A stretch of DNA of 45,467 nucleotides from a virus. The position numbers and the translations under genes were made by a program. The stretch lies in IMG/VR virus record IMGVR_UViG_3300045988_055950; one strand, given 5' to 3'. Positions 15,825-23,035 of the stretch are shown in pieces (the first letter of the stretch is position 1; each line of letters starts with the position of its first letter). The notes below the pieces were generated by a model, which saw only the letters and a list, made by a program, of their open reading frames with translations, ran no database searches and was not told where the DNA came from.

Positions 15825-16793
15825 ATGGAAGAACAAAAATTGCAGATTCTTGAACTGTTCGGTGGAATTGGTTCACCAAGGGTTGCTTTGAAGAATCTTG
15901 GTGTTCCAGTGAAATCAATTGATTATGTGGAAATTGATGAAAAGGCAGTCAGGTCATACAATGCAATGTTTGCTGATGAACTGGAATATAAAACACAGTC
16001 AGTAGTTGGATGGAATCTGAAACCTGACATCCTGATTCATGGAAGTCCTTGTCAGGATTTCAGCATTGCAGGACATCAAAAAGGTGCAGATGAAGGTTCA
16101 GAAACAAGGTCATCCCTTATGTGGGAAACAGTCCACATCATTGAACAGATGGGTGAATGGAAACCAAAGGTTGTGATTTGGGAAAATGTGAAGAATGTTC
16201 TTTCAAAGCACATGAAACATAATTTTGACAGGTATCTGTCATATATGCAGATGCTTGGATATACAAACAATTATGAAATCTTGAATGCAATGGATTTTGG
16301 ATTGCCACAGGCAAGACAAAGGGTCTTTACAGTTTCAATTCTTGATGGTGAAGCATTTGACTTTGACCTGATGAAAAGAAAACCTATGGAAAATATTGAC
16401 AATTATCTTGAAGATGAAGTTCCTGAATATTATGTTGTAACACAACCATCAATGTTGAACAGGATTGCAGAAGGTGATTCAGTATTCAATGGAAGGGTTG
16501 AAGTTATCAAAGACCATGCAATGACAATCACATGCAAACAAATGAGGTGCCCAAACAGCGGTGTTGTGGAACTGGAAGATGGTGATTTCAGATATTTAAC
16601 AGAAAGGGAATGCTGGCGGTTGCAAGGATATTCTGATGAAGATTTTGAAGCTGCACTTTCTGTTCATCCAGGAAGACCAAATTGTCTGAATGGTGCTTTA
16701 TATAAACAGGCAGGGAATTCAATTCCAGTCAATATATTTGAAGCAATGTTTGAAGTCATGCTTCCAAAATTTTTTGGCATAAATGTATCTTGA
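15825..16793 (+). CDS. dcm: DNA (cytosine-5)-methyltransferase
   Basis: Motif I ELFGGIGS, motif IV GSPCQDFS, motif VI WENV, motif VIII QARQRVF, motif X GNSIPV. Confidence 0.95.
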   Translation: MEEQKLQILELFGGIGSPRVALKNLGVPVKSIDYVEIDEKAVRSYNAMFADELEYKTQSVVGWNLKPDILIHGSPCQDFSIAGHQKGADEGSETRSSLMWETVHIIEQMGEWKPKVVIWENVKNVLSKHMKHNFDRYLSYMQMLGYTNNYEILNAMDFGLPQARQRVFTVSILDGEAFDFDLMKRKPMENIDNYLEDEVPEYYVVTQPSMLNRIAEGDSVFNGRVEVIKDHAMTITCKQMRCPNSGVVELEDGDFRYLTERECWRLQGYSDEDFEAALSVHPGRPNCLNGALYKQAGNSIPVNIFEAMFEVMLPKFFGINVS

Positions 16794-16820
16794 AAATAGA
16801 CAGAAAGGAAGTGATGTATC

Positions 16821-17132
16821 TTGAAATGCTTGTTTTGTGGTGCAGAAGTTGAAATTGGCAAGCGGTGTGAATACTGCGGTTCAATGGCAGAATCTTCATA
16901 TTATCCAAAAGAAAAGCCAAAGAAGAAATCTTGCATCATGCTGAACTGTTCTGATTTTGATGAATATGCAGTTGTAAAAGGTGATTGCCTTTGGAATATC
17001 ACAAAAAGATACTATGGAAAAACTTCAATACCTGTTTGTTGCAAGATTGCAGAAGTCAATGGGATTGAAAATCCAAACCTGATATATCCAGGGCAAATAA
17101 TAAAACTACCCAAAGGGAAGGTGATTCAGTGA
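16821..17132 (+). CDS. Zinc-ribbon + LysM domain protein
   Basis: CLFCGAEVEIGKRCEYCG is a CxxC..CxxC pair. The LysM segment YAVVKGDCLWNITKRYYG...NPNLIYPGQIIKLP is closely similar to the LysM of 35763..36440. TTG start. Confidence 0.75.
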   Translation: MKCLFCGAEVEIGKRCEYCGSMAESSYYPKEKPKKKSCIMLNCSDFDEYAVVKGDCLWNITKRYYGKTSIPVCCKIAEVNGIENPNLIYPGQIIKLPKGKVIQ

Positions 17133-17320
17133 TAAAACCAACAATGATTCAGGATGACTTCATGGGTGACTTTTATCTTGGTTGTCCATCCTGCAAAGAA
17201 GCAATTCATTTTCCTTTGATAAGGAATCCAAATCATATCTATGACAAAAGACCAAAGCGGTGTTTAAAATGCGGTGAAGAATTTGACTGGTCAGATGAAA
17301 TGAAAGGGGGAACACAGTGA
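17129..17320 (+). CDS. Small zinc-ribbon protein
   Basis: 63 aa with CPSC...CLKC. GTG start after AAAGGGAAGGTGA. Confidence 0.5.
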   Translation: MIKPTMIQDDFMGDFYLGCPSCKEAIHFPLIRNPNHIYDKRPKRCLKCGEEFDWSDEMKGGTQ

Positions 17321-17481
17321 TGCATGATGAAGTGGATGATGCTGCACAGGTTGAATGGTGCAGGAAATGGTCAGAAAAGAAGATGCAGAAGAAAATCAAA
17401 AGGGTTCAGCACTGGTGCAATTTCAAAATTTATCTGAAATATGCCTGGTATGAATTCAAGGCAGCAATAAAAGGAAGGTGA
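17320..17481 (+). CDS. Small basic hypothetical protein (53 aa, not in the ORF track)
   Basis: My own translation: MHDEVDDAAQVEWCRKWSEKKMQKKIKRVQHWCNFKIYLKYAWYEFKAAIKGR. The ATG overlaps the upstream TGA. Confidence 0.4.
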   Translation: MHDEVDDAAQVEWCRKWSEKKMQKKIKRVQHWCNFKIYLKYAWYEFKAAIKGR

Positions 17482-17661
17482 AATTGATGAAAAAATCATA
17501 ACAAGTGGTTTGTATTTTCTCTTTTATCACTTGTACTAATTGCACCATTCGGTGCTATTAACTCATGGATTGCAGTGCTTGCAATAATCATCAGCGGTGC
17601 ATTTTTTGCTGTTTGGTACATCAAAGAAATGGAAAAACAAGAAAAGGAAGGTGAAAGGAAA

Positions 17662-18183
17662 ATGTCAAATGTGATTCATCCTGGACATTATAACATCCCA
17701 GGAAGGAAAGAATGCATTGAAGAAATGCTTGATAAATTTGGTTATGGGAAAACAGAAGCATTTTGTGAACTGAATTCCTATAAATACCAGTACAGACACG
17801 AACAGAAGAATGGTCAGGAAGACCTGGACAAAGCATCCAACTATCAAAAAATGTTGCAGAAATACCTGGAAGAAGACCCAAGATTCAGAATTGCAGAACA
17901 CTTTGGTCTTGCAGGTCAACAGAATCAGTTGATTGAAGAAATGGCAGAACTGACCCAGGCACTGACAAAATGGAACAGAAAGTGTGGACTTGGACAACCT
18001 GTTGCATCTGAATGGACAGTCAAAGCACTGGAAGAACACATCTTTGAAGAACTGGCAGATGTGAAACTGGTTCTTGACCAAGTGATTCATTTGATGGGAT
18101 GTGAAGACCAAGTGCAACAGATTATGAAACAGAAGATTGACAGAACCTTTGAAAGGATAGGTGAACAGAATGCAGGCAATTAA
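17662..18183 (+). CDS. DUF3310-like domain fused to a MazG-like nucleotide pyrophosphohydrolase domain
   Basis: HPGHYN..ECIEEM...FCELNSYKYQYRHEQKNGQEDLDKASNY is DUF3310-like. EEMAELTQAL...FEELADVKLVLDQV is the MazG EExxE/ExxD pattern. The ATG at 17662 follows GGAAGGTGAAAGG. Confidence 0.7.
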   Translation: MSNVIHPGHYNIPGRKECIEEMLDKFGYGKTEAFCELNSYKYQYRHEQKNGQEDLDKASNYQKMLQKYLEEDPRFRIAEHFGLAGQQNQLIEEMAELTQALTKWNRKCGLGQPVASEWTVKALEEHIFEELADVKLVLDQVIHLMGCEDQVQQIMKQKIDRTFERIGEQNAGN

Positions 18184-18802
18184 ACCATATACACAGATTT
18201 ATAAAGATTTTGATGGACAGAAGGTGTTGCAGAAAATTGAAGCTGCTGCAAGAACTTGTTACAAGTCAGAAGGGAAGATTCAGGAAGGGTCTGCTGCAAA
18301 GATGGTTGCATCCCTTATCAAATCAGGGCATGAAGCAATGCTTGAACATGCATCAGTCACAGTGAAGTTTGTTGTTGACAGGGGAATCAGTCATGAACTT
18401 GTCAGACACAGACTTGCATCCTTTGCACAGGAATCCACAAGATACTGCAATTATTCAAAGGATGACTTTGGTTCTGAAATCACCTTTATCATTCCTGAAT
18501 ACCTGGAATACAAGTCAGAAGGTTGGAACATTTGGAAGGAATCCATGAAGCAGGCAGAAGATGCATATTTCAAAATGCTTGATTTTGGACTGTCACCACA
18601 GCAGGCAAGGGCGGTTCTTCCAAACAGCTTGAAAACAGAAGTGGTCATGACTGCAAACCTTCGTGAATGGAGACATTTTTTCAAACTTCGTGCCTTGGGA
18701 ACAACTGGAAAGCCACACCCACAGATGCTTGAAGTTGCTGTTCCGCTTCTTGAAGACATGAAGAATCTGATTCCAGTGGTCTTTGATGATTTGGTGGTGT
18801 GA
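18170..18802 (+). CDS. thyX: FAD-dependent thymidylate synthase ThyX
   Basis: ThyX signature VRHRLASFAQESTRY (RHRxxSxxxxSxRY). Confidence 0.9.
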   Translation: MQAIKPYTQIYKDFDGQKVLQKIEAAARTCYKSEGKIQEGSAAKMVASLIKSGHEAMLEHASVTVKFVVDRGISHELVRHRLASFAQESTRYCNYSKDDFGSEITFIIPEYLEYKSEGWNIWKESMKQAEDAYFKMLDFGLSPQQARAVLPNSLKTEVVMTANLREWRHFFKLRALGTTGKPHPQMLEVAVPLLEDMKNLIPVVFDDLVV

Positions 18803-18806
18803 TGAT

Positions 18807-19133
18807 ATGAACAGACAGCAAAGAAGAATGGCACAAAAGAAAGGTCTTCCAGTGGCACATGAACCAGTCTTCAACATGAAGCAGTCTGACATCAAGAAAA
18901 TTAAACAGGAAGCAAGCGAAAAGGCAGTGAACACAGCAATGATTCTTCTGCTTGGGATTCCAGTGAAAGTCCTGAAAGAACAATATGGATGGGGCATGAA
19001 GAAAAGACTTCCTGAATTTTGTGAAGCAATGATTGATGTCTATACAGATTTTTCAAATGGTGACCTGACACTGGAACAGTTTGCAGACCTGATTTATCAG
19101 GAATGTGGGGTGAAATTTGTAAACAATGAATAA
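18807..19133 (+). CDS. Hypothetical protein
   Basis: 108-aa ORF starting MNRQQRRMAQKKG. No recognised motif. Confidence 0.5.
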   Translation: MNRQQRRMAQKKGLPVAHEPVFNMKQSDIKKIKQEASEKAVNTAMILLLGIPVKVLKEQYGWGMKKRLPEFCEAMIDVYTDFSNGDLTLEQFADLIYQECGVKFVNNE

Positions 19134-19326
19134 ATACAACAGTGAAGGTTATCCTGACCCAACTGCATATTATGGAACAAAGGAAATTGTCAGGGAAGAA
19201 TCTGAACAGGAAAGAAGAATCAGACACCTGATGCACATTATCAGGGAAGCTGCACACCTGGCAGGATTTGAAGTAGTTGGAAGAATTACCTTCAAGGACA
19301 AGAAAACAGGAAAGGAATTCAGATAA
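19126..19326 (+). CDS. Hypothetical small protein
   Basis: 66-aa ORF overlapping both neighbours by a few nt (operon packing). Confidence 0.5.
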   Translation: MNKYNSEGYPDPTAYYGTKEIVREESEQERRIRHLMHIIREAAHLAGFEVVGRITFKDKKTGKEFR

Positions 19327-19583
19327 TGACAGTAAAAAATTATATTGAAGCAGATTTATTGATAAATAAAATAAGAGAATTCAAAAGTGTTTGGGATGTA
19401 GAAAGATTTGTTGAAGAAGAAAAAATGCCTATTACTACAATCGTTGATGAAATGGTTGGAAAAAGAGAAATGAAAGAAGGAAATCAATATATTGCTTTTT
19501 CTAAACAATATGTGATTGAACATCCTGAAAAGGCAAAGGAATGTTTTGAAAAATTTATGGAAGGATGTGTGAAAAATGAATGA
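19326..19583 (+). CDS. Hypothetical small protein in a locally AT-rich segment
   Basis: 85-aa ORF. Codon choice (aaa, tta, ata, gta) visibly differs from the flanking genes. Confidence 0.5.
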   Translation: MTVKNYIEADLLINKIREFKSVWDVERFVEEEKMPITTIVDEMVGKREMKEGNQYIAFSKQYVIEHPEKAKECFEKFMEGCVKNE

Positions 19584-20154
19584 GAAAATTACACAGCAAC
19601 AGTTTCTTGATTTTATGCAGATACATAAAAGACCTATTATCAATGTTGACACAATGGACTGGCTGATTGGTCAGGGATTCTTTGTGAAGCCTGCTGCAAT
19701 CAACCATCATGGCAACCACACAGGCGGTCTGTTTGAACATTCCATGATGGTTGCACAGGTTCTTGTGGAAATGACACAGAAGTTTGACATCCCTTGGACA
19801 AGACCTGAATCACCATACATTGTTGGAATGCTTCATGATGTGTGCAAACTGGATGATTATTTTGATGAAAATGCATCTGATGTGGTGGTCATGGGAAGTG
19901 GTTCACCTATCAGTAAAGACCCAAAGTGGACATACAATCCTGCACCTATGTTTGCAGGACATGGTGACAAGTCGGTGATGATGCTGTCACAGGTGATGAC
20001 CCTGACAGAAGAAGAAATGTTGTGCATCAGGTTTCACATGGGTGCTTATGTCACAAGTGAATGGGATGCATTTGACAGAGCAATCAGAAAATATCAGTCA
20101 GTGCTTTTCACTCACACAGCAGACATGTATGCATCAAAAGTTAAAGATGTTTGA
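19576..20154 (+). CDS. HD-domain phosphohydrolase
   Basis: HGNHTGGLFEHS and GMLHDVCK give the H...HD metal-binding pattern. Confidence 0.8.
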   Translation: MNEKITQQQFLDFMQIHKRPIINVDTMDWLIGQGFFVKPAAINHHGNHTGGLFEHSMMVAQVLVEMTQKFDIPWTRPESPYIVGMLHDVCKLDDYFDENASDVVVMGSGSPISKDPKWTYNPAPMFAGHGDKSVMMLSQVMTLTEEEMLCIRFHMGAYVTSEWDAFDRAIRKYQSVLFTHTADMYASKVKDV

Positions 20155-20159
20155 TGTCA

Positions 20160-20405
20160 GTTCAAGATGTGGTTCAACATCATCTTGAACCGATAAAATG
20201 CAGTAAAATCAAGGGTTTCAGGGGTGCGGTTCAAGATGGTTCAAGATTGTTTTATATTAAGGATATATAAGAATAGAAAATGATTGAAATTTAATGATTC
20301 TCTAAAAATTATCTATAATAGAAAATAACACCAACATCTTGAACCTTGCATCATAAAAATTCATAGAAATCCAGTAAAATCAAGGGTTTTCAGCGGTTCA
20401 AAATG
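20160..20405. promoter_or_regulatory. Iteron module B, inverted homologue of module A, upstream of the late-regulator gene
   Basis: GTTCAAGATG/CATCTTGAAC at 20160(rc-type), 20181, 20229, 20239, 20335 and 20396 (degenerate). Box CAGTAAAATCAAGGGTTT at 20201 and 20372. Core promoter: TTAATG (20291..20296), 17 nt, TATAAT (20314..20319). Confidence 0.7.
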
Positions 20406-20458
20406 TTTTTGCAATGTTGAACCAAGAAGTTGAACCAATAAAGGAAGAAGGTGTGAAG

Positions 20459-20881
20459 GTGACAGCAAAGGAATATTTGTTGCAGATAAAAGAACAGAAG
20501 CAGAATATCAGGAAGCAGGAAGAATATATTCAAAGATTAAGGGATTCATTGACCATTGCAGGAATCAGTTATGATAAGGAAAGAATTCAAAGTTCCCCTG
20601 ACCCTGACAAATTTGCAAAGATATTCGGTCAGATTGATGAAGAAGAACAAAGGCTTGAAGACATGAAGACCAGGTTTGTGAATACAAGGGTGAAGATTAT
20701 CAATCAGATTCATCAGCTTGCAGAAGAAAAGCATCAGAATGTTTTGTATCTTGTGTATGTTGATGATAAGACCCTGAAAAAAGCATCCCAGGAAATGTGT
20801 TTTTCATATGAGTATGTGAAAGAACTTCATGGTGCTGCATTGCAGGCTTTTGACCTGATGTTCCCACCACAGTCTGCTTGA
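20459..20881 (+). CDS. DUF1492 / sigma-70 region-4-like late transcriptional regulator (Ltr/RinA-class candidate)
   Basis: N-terminal TAKEYLLQIKEQKQNIRKQEEYIQRL coiled coil. C-terminal LVYVDDKTLKKASQEMCFSYEYVKELHGAALQAF is HTH-like. It lies directly upstream of terS. GTG at 20459 follows GGAAGAAGGTGTGAAG; the ORF track start is 20414. Confidence 0.6.
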   Translation: MTAKEYLLQIKEQKQNIRKQEEYIQRLRDSLTIAGISYDKERIQSSPDPDKFAKIFGQIDEEEQRLEDMKTRFVNTRVKIINQIHQLAEEKHQNVLYLVYVDDKTLKKASQEMCFSYEYVKELHGAALQAFDLMFPPQSA

Positions 20882-20907
20882 ATCCCACCACTCATGTTAT
20901 ATATAAT
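20878..20907 (+). promoter_or_regulatory. Candidate late promoter
   Basis: TTGAAT (20878..20883), 18 nt, TATAAT (20902..20907). It overlaps the regulator stop codon and the 25-bp palindrome. Confidence 0.5.
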
Positions 20908-20916
20908 ATAACATGA
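20892..20916. repeat. 25-bp perfect palindrome TCATGTTATAT-ATA-ATATAACATGA
   Basis: Read directly: 11-bp arms with a 3-nt centre. Confidence 0.9.
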
Positions 20917-20930
20917 AATGTTAGGTCAAT

Positions 20931-20964
20931 AAGACATCCTTTGAAGAAGGGGTGTCTTATTTTT
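20931..20964 (+). terminator. Rho-independent terminator between the candidate late promoter and terS
   Basis: AAGACATCCTTT / AAGGGGTGTCTT form a 12-bp stem (two G-U pairs) with a GAAG loop, followed by ATTTTTA. Confidence 0.7.
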
Positions 20965-20980
20965 ATGTGATGAAAGGCAG

Positions 20981-21427
20981 GTGACAGGTGATTTGACTGA
21001 TAAGCAAAGAAAGTTTTGTGATGAATATTTGATTGATTGCAATGCAACCAGGGCATATAAAGCTGCATATCCAAATGTGAAGAAAGACAGTTCTGCTGCG
21101 GTGTGTGCTGCTAAATTGCTAAGAATTGCTAAGGTTCAGGAATATATCAATCAACAGCTTGACAAAATCAGTTCTGAAAAGACTGCTGATGCAAAGGAAG
21201 TCATGGAATACCTGACATCTGTCATGCGTGGTGAATCCAAGGCAGAGATTGTTGTCATTGAAGGAACTGGTGATGGTTGTTCTGATGCAAGAAGAATGAG
21301 CAAAGCACCTGATGAAAAAGAAAGATTGAAAGCTGCTGAACTGCTTGGAAGAAGATATGGTCTTTTCAAAGAGAATGTGAACCTGGAAGTTGAACCAGTT
21401 GTTCTTGTGAATGACCTGAAAGAATAG
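20981..21427 (+). CDS. terS: Terminase small subunit
   Basis: LTDKQRKFCDEYLIDCNATRAYKAAYP matches the Terminase_2/P27-type N-terminal HTH. The start is ambiguous (GTG 20981 or TTG 20993). Confidence 0.85.
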   Translation: MTGDLTDKQRKFCDEYLIDCNATRAYKAAYPNVKKDSSAAVCAAKLLRIAKVQEYINQQLDKISSEKTADAKEVMEYLTSVMRGESKAEIVVIEGTGDGCSDARRMSKAPDEKERLKAAELLGRRYGLFKENVNLEVEPVVLVNDLKE

Positions 21428-21435
21428 GTGATGCT

Positions 21436-22668
21436 ATGAAAGTATCATTGCAGGAAGCAGTTGGAAAGAATTATGCTGATTTTTGGAACACAAAGCAAAG
21501 ATACAGAGTATGCAAGGGAAGCAGAGGTTCAAAGAAATCAAAGACCACAGCCTTGAACATGATTTATAGGTTGATGGAATATCCCCTTGCAAATGGTTTG
21601 TGTGTCAGAAGGTATTCAAACACCTTGCGTGATTCTGTCTTTTCAGATTTGAAATGGGCAATTCACAAGTTGGGTTTGGATGCCTTTTTTGATTGCACTG
21701 TTTCACCCATGCAGATTGTCAGGAAGTCCACAGGACAGAAGATTCTGTTCAGGGGTCTTGATGATGGTTTGAAAATCACATCCATTTCTGTTGATTATGG
21801 TGTTCTTTGTTTTGTATGGATTGAAGAAGCCTATGAAATCAGCAATGAAGATGACTTCAACAAACTTGATATGTCCATTCGTGGTGAAGTGCCTGATGGA
21901 TATTTCAAGCAGATAACCCTGACATTCAATCCATGGTCTGCAACATCCTGGTTGAAACCCAGGTTTTTTGATGTGATAGATGATGACATCTTCACAAAGA
22001 CAACTACTTGGAAGCAAAATGAATGGTTGGATGATGCAGACAGAAACATCTTCTTGAAGATGCAACAGAACAATCCAAGAAGATACAGAATTGAAGGTGA
22101 TGGTGAATGGGGCATTGCAGAAGGTCTGATATATGAAAAAGTCAGATTTGAAGACTTTGACATTGATGCAGTCAGAGCAATCCCAGGAATCAAAGCTGCA
22201 TTTGGTCTTGACTTTGGTTTCACTGACCCAAATGCATTTGTTTGTCTGATGATAGACAATGCAGCAATGAAGATTTATGTCTTTGATGAATGGTACAAGA
22301 CAGGTGTGACCAACAAAATCATTGCACAGGCAATCAAAGACAAGGGTTATGGTGGACAGAAAATCATTTGTGATTCTGCTGAACCAAAGTCCATTGCAGA
22401 ACTTCAAGAAGAAGGAATCAAGGCAGAACCTTCCAGGAAAGGAAAAGACAGTGTGAATCATGGCATCCAGTTATGTCAGAACTATGAAATCATTGTCCAT
22501 GAAAGGAACTGTCCTGAATTCAAGAAAGAAATACAAAATTACTGTTGGGAAACAGACAAGGATGGAAAGCCGACAGACAAGCCTGACCATGAATTTTCAC
22601 ATGGTATGGATTCAATGCGATATGCAACAGGAAAGATTCTTGTTGGTGATACATTCAGTTTTGATTAG
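21436..22668 (+). CDS. terL: Terminase large subunit (PBSX-type)
   Basis: Walker A-like CKGSRGSKKSKT. 410 aa. Position between terS and portal. Confidence 0.9.
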   Translation: MKVSLQEAVGKNYADFWNTKQRYRVCKGSRGSKKSKTTALNMIYRLMEYPLANGLCVRRYSNTLRDSVFSDLKWAIHKLGLDAFFDCTVSPMQIVRKSTGQKILFRGLDDGLKITSISVDYGVLCFVWIEEAYEISNEDDFNKLDMSIRGEVPDGYFKQITLTFNPWSATSWLKPRFFDVIDDDIFTKTTTWKQNEWLDDADRNIFLKMQQNNPRRYRIEGDGEWGIAEGLIYEKVRFEDFDIDAVRAIPGIKAAFGLDFGFTDPNAFVCLMIDNAAMKIYVFDEWYKTGVTNKIIAQAIKDKGYGGQKIICDSAEPKSIAELQEEGIKAEPSRKGKDSVNHGIQLCQNYEIIVHERNCPEFKKEIQNYCWETDKDGKPTDKPDHEFSHGMDSMRYATGKILVGDTFSFD

Positions 22669-22693
22669 TTTGGAAAAGGGAAGGTGAAAAACA

Positions 22694-23014
22694 ATGACAG
22701 TTGATGTTTTAGGAACAAAATACACAATTACAGAATCAAATAAGGTGAAAGATGACAACCTGAACAGCGGTGATGGATATTGTGACCATTCCACAAAGCA
22801 AATTGTCATTGACACCTTCCAGGATTCCCCTGGTTCACTTGCTGATTTGAAAACATACAGACAGCAGGTCATCAGACATGAACTGGTTCATGCATTTCTG
22901 TTTGAATCAGGACTTGGTGCTGATAGTTGGGGCATAAATGAAGAAATTGTGGACTGGATTGCATACCAGTTCCCAAAGATGGCAGAAGCCTTTGGAAAGG
23001 TGGATGCACTATGA
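22694..23014 (+). CDS. Small HExxH putative zinc metallopeptidase-like protein
   Basis: 106 aa containing VIRHELVHAFLFESG. Strong RBS GGGAAGGTGAAAAAC. Confidence 0.55.
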   Translation: MTVDVLGTKYTITESNKVKDDNLNSGDGYCDHSTKQIVIDTFQDSPGSLADLKTYRQQVIRHELVHAFLFESGLGADSWGINEEIVDWIAYQFPKMAEAFGKVDAL

Positions 23015-23035
23015 TACATAGAAAGGTGGTGAAGA

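Noticed and set aside
17486-17661. A possible two-TM mini-protein (…WFVFSLLSLVLIAPFGAINSWIAVLAIIISGAFFAVWYI…) reachable from ATG 17486 (MKKS-stop) by a -1 slip on the A6 run, or from GTG 17575.
   Set aside because: There is no in-frame canonical start before the hydrophobic segment. The frameshift idea rests only on a homopolymer, which could equally be a sequencing error. The downstream DUF3310-MazG gene has its own strong RBS and ATG at 17662.
21703-22461. Long antisense ORFs inside well-supported plus-strand genes. Examples are 252 aa at 21703..22461, 217 aa at 28138..28791, 179 aa at 24146..24685, 161 aa at 38332..38817 and 150 aa at 17665..18117.
   Set aside because: They lie fully within motif-supported genes on the other strand. 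Their translations are Cys/Ser/Phe-rich low-complexity sequence with no RBS. They are explained by codon bias that removes stop codons from the antisense frames.
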